64,000 nt of DNA, from assembly GCA_030704615.1 (NCBI GenBank), contig CM060733.1:4774001-4838000 (forward strand), written 5' to 3'. A program made the translations under genes and the position numbers. The notes beneath the pieces are model-generated. The model was not told the DNA's origin and did not search any database. It worked only from the letters and a program-made list of their open reading frames with translations. The stretch is from Takakia lepidozioides. Its lineage: Eukaryota; Plantae; Bryophyta. The stretch's first letter is position 1, and each line of letters begins with the position of its first letter. Positions 11,801-24,000 of the stretch are shown in pieces.

Positions 11801-14800
11801 GTGCATGTTAGTTAGTATCTTACTTTCTGGGTTAAAGTCAAAGTAGACTTGTCAGGAGATATGGGATGGGCTCTTTCAGATGTCAGATTAAATTCCTACA
11901 GGTTTGTCTTTAGTTTACCTGGCAGCAGAATGAAGTGGTACACAAGAGGCAGAATCAGGAGGTGGGGAACGGTAAGGAAAAGGTGTCTAGCAATGGCGGA
12001 GACCTACTTAGGTCATAACTTTGATAGGGACGTAAGGATAAGAAAGAGGAGGGGGTGTATATTGATAGAGCATTGCAATTGTCATGTGGTGGAGCAGCTA
12101 AAAAGCAAAGGGAAGGAAACAACTGTGACAGAACAAAATAAGCGTGAATATGTGGATCTTCTGGCAAGTTGGCGCCTCAAAGGTGTGATGTCCCTTTTTG
12201 GCTCTGATGCATCAACATTGAATAATCTCCCAACCCAGTGATGTAGAAGTTCTCTGCAGGTCTGGTTGCATTCTGCATTATCTTCAAAGATTTCAATCAT
12301 ACTGTCTGTGTTGATGAAGTCTAAGCTTTAAACCCAGATCTTTCTAAGAAGCCTACAATGTAATATACATGACTGAAGTGCCTGAGAGTGGCCTTGTTTT
12401 ATGTGTGGCAGAGAGTGTGGAGCCCCAATTTCTGGCACTACGGACAGGACTATCACGGGTTGTCGACCCTGGTCTTTTACAGGTTGGAGCTCCTGTCTCT
12501 CCTGCTTCACAAATTTTTTGTGTTAACAATGTCTAGTTCTTTTGTTGAGTGTCAACGTAAATGAGATGTGCTTTGGTATGTGCTTGGCGATGCACAATTT
12601 CTGTGAGCATATATGCATGCAGACATGTAGATGTTAGTGGAATGCCTGTGGACATTAACTTGTTGGTCCCTTGACGTTGATGGGCTTTTTACTAAAAAAT
12701 GTGAGGCTCAGTTTGTGTATTTTCTCACTGTTACTTTGCAGAACTTCGATGAAAACGAGCTTGAGTTTCTGATTGGTGGTCTCCCAGTTATCGATGCTGG
12801 TGACTGGTGAGTGCTCCTGGCCCTTGGATCCTAAATTCTGTGGATCAGAAATGAATGCCATGCAACTTAAGTATTATTTGAGTAGTTCTGTCTAGAGTGA
12901 GCAATATTTTCTTTTAGTATCATGTATGACCAAATTGGGCCAGTACACTTATTCTGTGAATAGGAGTTAGTGAAAACATATCCTGGATGGGATGCAGTTC
13001 TTGTATTTACTCAACTCAATATTTTCAGGCTTGGTGGATCCAATGCAGGCCAGTGCTGTTATGTGGTTAGCAGACAAGACCTTTACTCTTAATGAGTTAG
13101 AATAGCGCTGAGTGGGGTTGGATGTGTAGCCCTGCAGTGCTACTAATCCCCTCAGCCTGACAAGTGAAAATACTGAGTCAGGGGTTGCCAGCTCTTTCTT
13201 AAAGGATAAATTTATACTGGGGATGGGTGTTGGTGTGGGCTTTCAGGAGGAAAAACACTGTGTACAAGGCAGGCTACAGTGACTCAGCTGACTGCCATGT
13301 CATCAGATGGTTTTGGCAGGTATCAATTGAAGTCATCAGTGTTCATTACTAGTTAATATTGGGAAGCTTTTGATAACTAGTTCTGTGCCGAGTCACCGCA
13401 CATTTTCTACGCCACAAACGCCAGATTTGTATGTGCACACTTACATGTCCTTCTATTCATCTGCACTTCCTCTTTGAGGTTTTCTCTTTTGGATGATCAT
13501 TGTGGTTGAACCCCATATGTTACTGAACTGTAGTTGAAGAGCAGCGGATGTTTGTGATGGGGATGGATAAACGTTAAGCTTTCAGTCCTACCGCTTGAGT
13601 GTTTTCTGATGGGTAATGTGGCTGGTTTCATCTAGTTGGTGGAGGCATGGGACCAGGAAATGCGCGCCCGTCTTCTGCAGTTTGTAACTGGCACTTCCAA
13701 GGTATTTCAAGAGGCTACAATGTAGAGCATAGATGTCATGAACTTTGTTGGATGGGTGACTATGTGTGCATGGAACTCTTTGAGACCAACATCCACTTTC
13801 AGAGTAGATGTACATTTGTTCATTTCACTCTGCTTTGTGCTGATTCTCGTATTTCTTTTTAATAAATAATAGGATTGCAAGTTGCAGATGGTTTTTTTTA
13901 TGTTTGCTGTCTGTCAGAAGATACTTGCCAGATGCTTCTGAAGTTTCTAACCACATACTGTTGTTTGTTGTCTGTGCATCTATATGAGCAGGTCCCTTAC
14001 CCAGAGGGCTTTAAGGTACAAGCACTTCTGAATGAGTTCACCTTCTCTAGAGTTACCTCTGTTAAATCTACCTAGTTGTGAAGTTCTCAAGCATAGTTCT
14101 GCCTTAGGTCATTCTGCCATTGGGTGAGCAGCCAGCATTACTGCTGGCATGGCTTTGGGTCTTTATCAAGACCTGCAATATATAAGGATTATTGACTGTA
14201 GGCGCAATGTCAATTGTCTTGCATCCTCACTCACATTGTCTAATCACACAAAGTGATGATGGCAATGCCAGTTCTTTGAGTGGACTCTACAAACAACAAC
14301 CTTCATGGGTTTTCTGTCCAGTGGAGTGTAGTCTAACTTTGCATGCTGACAAGAGGCAGAGGGCTTGTCACCTGGAGGAAAGCGGCATGTAGCAATTAAA
14401 TGAGCTTCATGTATCCAAGTCTTGACATCTAACAAAGCTTGATGAACATTGTTATAACAGGGCTTGCGTGGGAGCGAAGGTTTTAGGTTGTTCCATATTG
14501 TGCGTGTTTCGGACTCTACCAGGCTGCCGCAGGTGTTGGTCATACCCTCTGTCTCTGTTTTTTAAGTTCCTGGGGAGGGCTACGTGGTGGTATCTTCTTT
14601 CAGAATGTGGTGGGTTCATAGATAAGTAGTTAGCAGTCAGGTTGGTAGTTTTATTTTCCCATGTGGAACTTGCCCTGTCCCCATATGACTACAGCAGATT
14701 TGATTCCAAGTAGCAGAGTCACATGGAGTGGGTGTCAACTTTATTAGGATGTCAGTAACTCTTTGTTTGCTGTATGTGCAGGCGCACACGTGTTTCAATG

Positions 14801-14895
14801 AGCTCATCCTTCCCGACTATGACAGCCTTGAAGAACTCAATAACAATCTTACTACTGCCATCTTTGAAACAGGCAACCAGTTTCAGCTTCGATAG
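8897..14895 (+). CDS. HECT-domain E3 ubiquitin ligase, 13 exons, ~509 aa, with N-terminal hydrophobic helix and UIM-like motif
   Basis: Phase-consistent GT-AG exons 8897-9044, 9896-10124, 10646-10763, 11022-11399, 11710-11796, 12098-12182, 12412-12482, 12742-12806, 13247-13319, 13636-13701, 13992-14015, 14461-14532, 14782-14895 (total 1530 nt). HECT motifs RRDHVFQDS, FVGEVGRDDGGVTRDWY, RWFWQ, RLLQFVTGTSKVP and catalytic AHTCFN. The first two exons are less certain than the HECT exons. Confidence 0.92.
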
Positions 14896-15570
14896 TGGCA
14901 TGAATGGTTGCGACAATCAAGGCACTGCAGCCTTTACCTTTTTAAAGCCAATATTACCCCCGCCTTTGCTTATCAAGGTGAATAAGAGCAAAAAGCGCTG
15001 TGTTCACCAAGAGCTGGGGTCTACTTGTGCAATTACTTCATCAAACTCTCTCCATTAGTTTTAACCACACAATAAGTCCTATTGGTGCCTAGACTGTCTA
15101 TTGCGTGCCCCTTCCTCCACCCTTTGAAACAGCTGCTCTCTCCCTTGCCCTTTCTGGCTCGCTGTAGACCTAGCAGACACACAGCTCTCAGCAAGTTGTG
15201 GTATGTTTGAATGAGTTTCTAAAACTTAGGCAAAGAAGATTGTTCCTTCCTTTGTATTTTGAAACCCCCTGGTGCAGCCGATGCTAACATGATTCAATGA
15301 ATTATGGCAAGTATTCGGCCTTGTCTGCAGGCCACTCGGCATCCATTGCTGATTGGGCACTTCTCTCATGCTTCAGAGAGTAGGCCCGGACTGACCACCC
15401 AGTTAGACATACATGAGTAGGAGTCACGTCCCGAACACAATGGTGTCATTTCCCTTTCCCCTGTAAATGCCTCCCAGAATTGTTGGACCATTTCTGGTCT
15501 TTCTATAGAAGTGCTCTATTCACATCCATTGTGTGAGCTTTGTGGGACTTCAGTCAATTAAGTTTCATTA

Positions 15571-16052
15571 CTTGTTAGTGCAACATTGAGGGGGCAAGTG
15601 GACTGTGAATGCCACATATGAAATAGGAATGTGGCAGTATTTTCCTGGTTTGGCAAATCAGACTTTTCCTTGTTAGTGCAACATTGAGGGGGCAGGCAGA
15701 CTGTGAATGCCACATTAGAAATAGGAATGTGGCACTATTATCCTGGTTTGGCAATTCCGACTTAGTGTGGTTGGGAGTACTGGGGATTTTGAGATTTCCT
15801 AAGGCAATTGCTTTACAAAACCTCTATGGATGAGGATTGTATATCTGTATTTTTGGGATCTGTGACAATACTAAGCAACACATGCCAGGAAAACTACATG
15901 TAGGTTTTGCTTGCTAGTTGGCAATCTGTTTATTGTTTCCTAACATGGTTGCTTCATTGAATGGTATGTAGTTACTTGGAACCCAAGCTGTTAGCAAGCT
16001 GTTTATTGTTTCCTAACATGGTTGCTTCATTGAATGGTATGTAGTTACTTGG
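15571..16052. repeat. Two local tandem duplications downstream of the HECT gene
   Basis: ~95 bp unit at ~15571-15665 and ~15669-15762; ~55 bp unit at ~15925-15979 and ~15999-16052. Confidence 0.8.
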
Positions 16053-19000
16053 CTTGAACATGATATGCTTTTCTTGAGCGTACACCTGACTTGTGTACCA
16101 TTCCCATACCAGGATTTGAAATCAGAGTGCATGGATCTCTACCTTTACCATTCCTCCCAATCTGACAGACCTCCCATTCCTGTCAGAGCTTGGTTTTCCA
16201 GCTTGTCTATGGAACAGTAGAGCCACCATTTGGACATCTATCAGCCCCCTCTCTCTATGAAACTGACCACAACACACCCCAGCTGGCCATTCAGTATACA
16301 GGCCCCAGGAAATTCGGATATCTGCCGATGCATGGACTCGTCAAGTCGGGGACTAACTATGAAGCACCTAAGCGGAAACTTACGTTCCAATTCTTTCATT
16401 CATATGTTTACTTACACCCAAAAGCTGCCTGCCTACATGGCTTCTGCGCTCTAACACTTCCATCAGAGCTCGTCAGAGGCTGACAATCGTGATTTTCCTT
16501 CCTTGAAAGCTCTCATCTCCTTGGACTCTCCTTTAATCCTCGTCTGTTTCATCTCCCTGTATTGTAATACTAGCAGAAAACACGACGATGCCAGGGCAAC
16601 AGGAACGAGCAGCACTTGCTGAAATTCGCTGATTTTTAATCTCTTCAAGAGTGATCCCATGTTTTTGGTGATGTGCGAGAAGAAGGGTGGTGGGCGCTGG
16701 TCCTCGCTGCTACAGCCTCAATTTGTAAGAGAGAGCACTGCTCTACTGACACTAGTGTAGTCTTTCTTGTTCTCAAAAGGACTAGCCTACTCTGCTTATT
16801 CTGAGCCTCCTCCTCCTTGTCAATACACGTCTTACTAATGTGACTCCAATTGTTTGTACCATTTCAAACCCCAGTTAAAAATATTTTATTCATTATCTTT
16901 TCCACAGTGAATGTATAAAATATAGCCCATCAGTGAGGTGGAGTCTCAGTGGTATTTCTTCTGGAAGATTTGAATTGACAATTGACCCACAACAAAGATC
17001 TGGATGGAGTCAAAGTAGGAGATATCTGAGTTGGTGAAGTGGACAATTTGGAATGAAAAAGTGCGCTACCTTGGATCGAACCGAATTCTCAACTCAAATT
17101 GCACCGGCCCTGCGATATGAGACTGGAACTAGGTTTGGAGGCACCCGACAACAAAGGACCAGGTTTGAAATAGCCTCGGCATATCTCGAGCCTGTTACGT
17201 CTGCTATTTGTATCTGTGTCGAGCCTGGTGATTACGCTCGGTGCTTTCTCGGACCTGGCCATCACAGGCTTTTGTTGCATCGCCAAAATCCCTAATTACT
17301 GTGGCGATGGCCACGTTCGACGCGGCGACACCTCCTTCTGTGTTTCGCCACAAATTAACGGCGTGACCGCCTCTGGCCACCGTCGCCAGCCGGTCACGTG
17401 GCTACCAGCGAACATTAGGTATAGCTATGCTATTTGTACAGATACGTCCATACTTGTGCATGTATAATATATACATGCACAATGTTTTTTAATAAATTAG
17501 TTATATGTATAATGTACAATATAGTCTATTAATTGGATATTAAGAAGGCCAAAGAGCCAGAAGCCACTGAGCCTTCCGTCTACTGTCGCCCTGCATTTTG
17601 CAGGGCCACCTGTCGTAACCCAGTGACTAAATCCTGGGGTAAGGGAATAAATAATAAATAAGTTTGTCCTTCTGGAATGTTCGCTGACTGAAATGGGGTG
17701 TTGGCCGGAAATAGTTACTAATAATATCAAAACCGGGTGCCTGTTTTGCGGTGAAACGAATTAGGGCACAGACTGGGGGAGGGAGGACGAGGTTCGGGGG
17801 AGGTTCGGGCGAAGGGCGAGGGAGCAGCTGGCAGGCATGGGAGAGGTGCGTCCACGGTTGGGAGGGCGAGCAGTTCGCGCCGTGTGTGCGAGCGCCCTGT
17901 CTTGGCGCCTTGAAGTCTCCCGCTGTCTCCCTCCGCTTTTTTTCCCCCCCTTCTCTTCTCTCGCGGCTGCAATCGGTGGTGCTCGGGGTTGTAGGCTGAT
18001 CGTCATATGCGCGATCATCCCAAGGCTCTGATTCCACAGGAGGCTGTAAAAAAAGTTTTTCTGAGTTAATTTTGATCATCGGTGCTGCTACCTTGGCCTG
18101 CGGGGCGGGTTGGAGACGGAAGGAGTTTTGTGAGGGGTGTACAGAGGTTGTTGGATCATCCGTGTTGTCGTGATTGGTTATACGAGGTTTTTCTCCAACT
18201 TTTCTCACAGATTGAATCGAGAAGGACGACATCTCCTCCATCTCCACCCCTGCAGTGAGCCCCGGGAGAGTCTTGTCTTAGATCGTGTATTGGTCATAGA
18301 GCTCCATCTCCTTCTTAGGTGATCTGCCGAAAGGTTGCATCCATTTCTTTCGCATGTTGTCTGCTGAAAGGCTGCATCTGCTCCCCGGTTCTTTCCCCTG
18401 TGTCTTGCCCTTCTATCCCCTGGCGCGCTCGGCATCACCTACATGTGTTACTATTCTTCGAAGGGATCTACGCTTTTCTGTTTCTGTGAGTTCAATACCG
18501 CAGCACACTTCAAAAGAAGTTTCTGGCATCTGGTTTTGACGAGTCACTAGTCTTCCTGACGAATCTATTTGATTTTATAGTTATAGAGGCCATTAATCTC
18601 AGCTTCCGTGGAATTCTCTCACCTCATTTCCGCTTCATAACCGTACGCAAGCAACCCGTCCAACCATTTTTTGACCAGTTGCAAAACTCTTGCTTTTGTG
18701 CTATATAAAACAGCCCCAGATGATGCTCCAAATCCGCTGTGAGGAACTGTCAGTGTCTCAGAGGATGTAGCAGTGACAGAGGGATCCCAATCTTAGCGCA
18801 ATTTTCATGTTTAAAGGAGAAGTATCGCAGGCTTTCCTGAAGGTGGCTCATGCAGTGTATCAACAGTCAGAGCCAGAAGAGGATAGATCGCAGTTATTTT
18901 GAAGCTTTTAATTTTGTTGGCTCTATGACCAGGATATGGAAATGAGGTCACCATCTACGACCTCATTTGCTTGGCAACATATTCATCGTAGTTTTTGAAG

Positions 19001-19348
19001 GAGTTTTAAATCCTTGAAGAAGTCTGGGAGTTGGAGACTGTCCAAGACATATTTGGAAGAACCGCGGTAGTGGTCTCCGATAGCGCTTCGTCTTGGCTTT
19101 ATGCTGGAGGGAGTTGTGCGCTGCCTTCGCCTGTTCCTGAGCGGAAAGGTCCATTCTTTGGCCTGATAGTACTCCAACTAAGTGCGGAGGAGTCTAATGC
19201 ATAGTTTTCAGGGTACGAAATCACGATGTACTAAATGATCTTGATTAATGACCATTCATGTAACCTGCAAGCAGTCCAAATAGATTCCAAAGCATATACT
19301 CCAATTGCAAGTAGCCGGTTTCTTGAAGAAAACCTAAACTAAGTCCTA

Positions 19349-19726
19349 TTGCTTCTGTAAGTATTTGAGGGAAAGAAAACCTAAAGTTGTAGACCATTTT
19401 TTCTACTAAAATGACTGATAGATTTCAGGACTCTTGGTAACAATTGTGGACAGGTTCCCAAATTTCCTTGTCACATAAAGTTTTGCTTCTTAATAGACAT
19501 CAAAACATCACCTTTGAAAGAGCATCTATTTGTGTTGCAAGAAGCTGTTTTCTCGAAGAGGCTCTTGCTTCTGTAAGGGGGAAGTAAATCTAAAGTTGTA
19601 GACTATTTTTTCTACTAACATGACTGATAGACCTTGGTAATATTTGTGGACAGGTTCCCTTTTCCCTTGTCACATAAAGCTTTTCTTCTTTATAGACATC
19701 AAAACATCACCTTTGAGGTAGCATCT
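19349..19726. repeat. Diverged ~170 bp tandem duplication in a probable 5'-UTR intron
   Basis: ttgcttctgtaag...ctaaagttgtagac...gtggacaggttccc...tagacatcaaaacatcacctttga occurs at ~19349-19527 and ~19565-19726. Confidence 0.8.
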
Positions 19727-21077
19727 GTTGATGCTTACAGTCATCTCAATTATTGCCACCTCTGTTGCAGGTTTGGACGGAGGCATCTGGTACCTCTGCA
19801 TGTGTAGCTGGAGACATCTGTCTAGGCATCTGTCAGGCAAAGGCATTTGGTAAGAAATTGCAAGGTTAAGTCTCTTGTCAATGTCAGATATTCTTTTAAC
19901 CTAGGAACTTCCCACCTTCTTTCTATGAACCCAATGCTGCGTCATGGATCTCTGTGATTTGGTATCTCTTGCCTTCAACCCGATACTTTGCATTCCCGCA
20001 TTAATAATCTGGGGTTAGTGGTGTCAGGAATGTATAAACTGTTGCACATGTTCCGTCGACCTTAGGAGGGTCTTAACCAGTTTCGTATTAAGTGTGTTAG
20101 TTGAAGTCGCCTAGTTCCCGTTCCCATTGGTCAAAGATGCTTTCCTTCCACTGTGTTCTTGTTGACTGCATTTTGGCCATCACTGGCTCCAGCCTACCCT
20201 TAAATGTCTGAAGGCCGACATGAGATTACTATTCAAAGAATCATCAGATACTTAGACCTCCTTGAGTACCCTGCCATCTTTTCCACATGATTGCACACTC
20301 CTCGTCCCTTGGGATGGAACATTTTATTGTTCCTCCATCTGCCTAAATTCATTATAGCCCATGTATTGTAGACCTTCATGTGACACATCTCACTGAGCTT
20401 TAAAATTGGATTTGCCTGATTTTCGGAAGTTCTCTTTTGTGATTGAAGACCATCAGAAGCTTTAGTTGTTTTCCACACTTTTTGTGCAGTATATGAAGTC
20501 TGTGATCCTTTAGTTTGTATGACTTCATCCTGTTCAGAGATCTTGACTGAAGTTTTGATTATGTCATGAGATGACGTGGTCTGTGTCTATGCTTCCATGA
20601 TTAACTTGTTATTGTGGAGGGACCTTGCTAATGTGTCTTTGAACCATAAAAGTAAGGGACCAAGTTTGCCATGTTGTTACAACCAGTTAGCAAGAAGGAG
20701 CATGCCTAGAGATGGGGACAGTCCTGTATGACTCCAGAATTGCAGGCTTTTACGTATGATAATGAGCTTACAGGTGTTGTGGATGCTTGCTCCCAGACTG
20801 TCCTCATGTTCTGCCATTTACATTTGCTCCTCTGTGGTGGGCTGGCAGCAGGTATGTGCTCTGAGCTTTCTAGTGTTGACACAGGCTATGCCCTCAGCTT
20901 ATAATTTGGAAGTCAAACAAGGCCAGGTTTTGGAGTATTTTTGTCAGGACTGCGGATTCTCTAACAGAACTCTAGTGCCCCTTCAATATTCCAGCTCCGG
21001 AAGGCTACTAGGTTATTTTCTGAGGTGCAGCTTCTTAGGGAAGAGGCCTTTCAGGTACAGACCATTCTAGATTGGGC

Positions 21078-24000
21078 ATGACAAACAACCGGGTGCAGCA
21101 TGTGGAGCTGAACTACTGCAACTCAAACATTCTTGTTAGTACTGAGTGTCTGCAAGAAGTTACAGTGGAGAAAAGGAGTTCACTATTTGTCAACTTGGCA
21201 AATGACTGTAGCAATGCCCAACATAATGATGCCGTGGTTGATCTACCAGTGAGTCTGTCAGAGCATGTATCTCGGGCCAAAAGCCTTACCAAATGGGAGC
21301 CAGATTGTGATGGGGTGTCAGATGAGGGGACCTATCCCTCTGCATCTGTTGCATCATCATCAAGTACTGATATTGATTCAGGTGAATGGGTTTATGCTGA
21401 GGAGAAGCACATTCTTGATGTAGATCATTGCGGCGGAAGCGATAGGCTTGGAATGGGAAGCTTTGAGAGTTGCGGTGCTGCAGAGGATCTTAGTCGTTTA
21501 GCTGGGCCACAGGTTATTAGGCTTACTGGTTCTTCTATTAGAGAGGATATTCTGAAAGGAGGAGTAGATACACAGGATAGTGGCGGCGGTGAATTTTTTG
21601 ACACAGATGAAAGTCCTGCATGGGTTAGGCAGGCAGTGAGCCAGTCCACCTCCATTTCAACATCTGTGGACATTATTGAAGACTCACAGAACAGTTCTGA
21701 CGTTATCCAGATTCGGGGCTCAGTGGTTCAACATAAGGATGACCCTCACCCTATTTTGTTAAATGGTGATGAGTTGAAATTACTCTACACCAAGGATGTG
21801 GTTCATTCAGTTCGAAACCTAGATCCTTTAGGAAGTGGAGCTATCAACATTGAACGAGGCAACCTTATTCCGACCCTCCGTTTCGACTCAGGGACTGGGA
21901 TTGTTATGGTTGTAGGGAATGGTACGAGCAGGTCAGTACTTTCTGACTATGGCAGACTTATGTTTGTTGTCTTTTCCCTTGGGTTGTCGTCTTCGAAATT
22001 CTTTAGCAAGCCTCATGTAGATTCTGTTTCTTTGCAGTAGAGCAGCCCATGTTGGTGGAAGACAAAAGTGCGTTGAGGAGTCTCTTTTCTGAAGTGTTGA
22101 AGCTGGAATGTCTCTTTACAGAATAACTTCTTTACCATACCACTGCATAGGTTAATTCTGGGTTGTTTTGCAGTTCCCATGCTAGTACTACGTTGACTGA
22201 TGATGAAAGGGCTCGAGAATGTCTGGAAGACTTACGAGGAGCAGCCTTCAGGGATCTTGAAGCAGCATGGCCAGCTTGTTTGGAAGGTGAAGGAGGGGAT
22301 ACCAAGGCAAAGGAGGTGGCAGGGAAAGTCTCTTTTGTAGTAGAAGTTGCAAAGGATGCAGTGACTGGTGATGAGTCCATGAATAAGCAGGCAGTTCCTG
22401 GTGGTGTCAGAGATTACTCTTTGGTTGATGCGGAGCTGGGAAAGCCATTAACAACAGAGGATCACGCGATAAAGTCTCTTCAGGAGACGGGAAATGTACC
22501 AGGTGAGGAAGGCAAAATCACTAGCAATGTGACGGAGAAGGAAGTTGTAGAAGCCGCTGGCCTGCGGAGGCGGAGAGGTGGCAAAATGGATACGCTGAAG
22601 GCATGTTATTTAGATGGAGGAACAAAATCACCAGAGGATGAGAAGAATGTTGGGATCTTAGGCAGTCGTGGTAGGGATACTCTAGTTCATAGTGGCTTGG
22701 AAACAAAGCAGAAGCCGGCAGACAAGAAAGGTTGTAAGCAGACAAAAGGAAAAGGCCCTCAAGTAGAGAAAGAGTCCAGCATGCAGACAGCTGGGAAATT
22801 GACAGGCAAGAAAGGTGGAGAGACTCCCTCTATAGAGGAGTTGAGAGCAAAGGATATAGCAGAGACTGACAGGAAGGTTCATGAGTCACTTGATAACTTT
22901 ATTCGGCAGACAATAGGTCGGGAACCCTACATGTCCTTCAGTAGCAGACCTGGGGACAAGCCTGTACAACGGATGAATAGGCCTGATCCATTTGACCACC
23001 ATGTTGCCAATAAGCTGTCGAAAGGTCTGAAGGTTGAGGTGGGCATGGAGATGAGAGATGGTGAATCTACTGGTGTGGATCCTCATTCAGCAGAGTCAGA
23101 GAGAGAATCCACAACTAGCAGTATGAAGGGTGGTGGAAGCTTGGGGAGGGGTTTACAGACTCCTGGCGAGCGAAATTTACCAGGCCTGAAAACCACTGTT
23201 CCGCAAGCAATGGTTGCATTTGCTCAGGCCGCAGCAGCAGCAAAAGCCACTGGTGAGACTTCAACCCTCAAAAGCTGCTGGATGCTTTTTAAGTGCAGGC
23301 CCCGCTTTCTTTGAATCATATGAATTGATTCAATAGAGGCACCTTACATGTCTTGGTTGGAGATTGGCTTTCCACTGAAAACAGCCTCTCCTTCATGTAT
23401 TGTTCAGGCCTAATTAGTTGGGTTTTCTGTCATCGTTTTTGCCCAGCTCTACGGAAGTTTGTCTAGTTTTCTAGTGCCCACTTTTTGTAATTTCATTGTG
23501 GGGACTCCAGGGTTTGAGCTGGCTTATATGTTGAGACATTGGTCATGCTCCCAGCTACAGGTTCATTTGCTTAGGAGTGCCGTCAGTGATGTGACCTTGG
23601 ACATGCAGTGGTATGCACGTTTTGTGATCAGAAGTAGAGTGACTGATTGTATCAAAATGTATTTTTCCTGTCATGCATCTGGCAAAATGTAGCAGGAAAA
23701 CAAGTTTCTGGTCTGGACCATCTTACAGATTTGCCAGGGTGGCCGTTGCTATCACCCTCAAAAGTGCAACTGCAGAAATGCGACAAATGCTCTCGTGAGT
23801 TCTGCTCTCCACTAAACCATCGCAGGCATAGCCGCATGCACCGTCGAAGTCTGCATGCAGACAAGGTAAGATCTAATTCCTGCAGCTTGTAGTGCTCAAT
23901 GGCATGCATATAGCTGATACTTGTCTCATGTTTCTATGCTTGTACCTTATAATTGAGTGCCTTTGAGTGGGAGAGCTGCAGGCCTGTCTATGTACGTGTA

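Noticed and set aside
17627-18247. 206-aa minus-strand ORF as a protein-coding gene
   Set aside because: Low-complexity antisense reading of a GC-rich probable 5' leader; no recognisable motifs.
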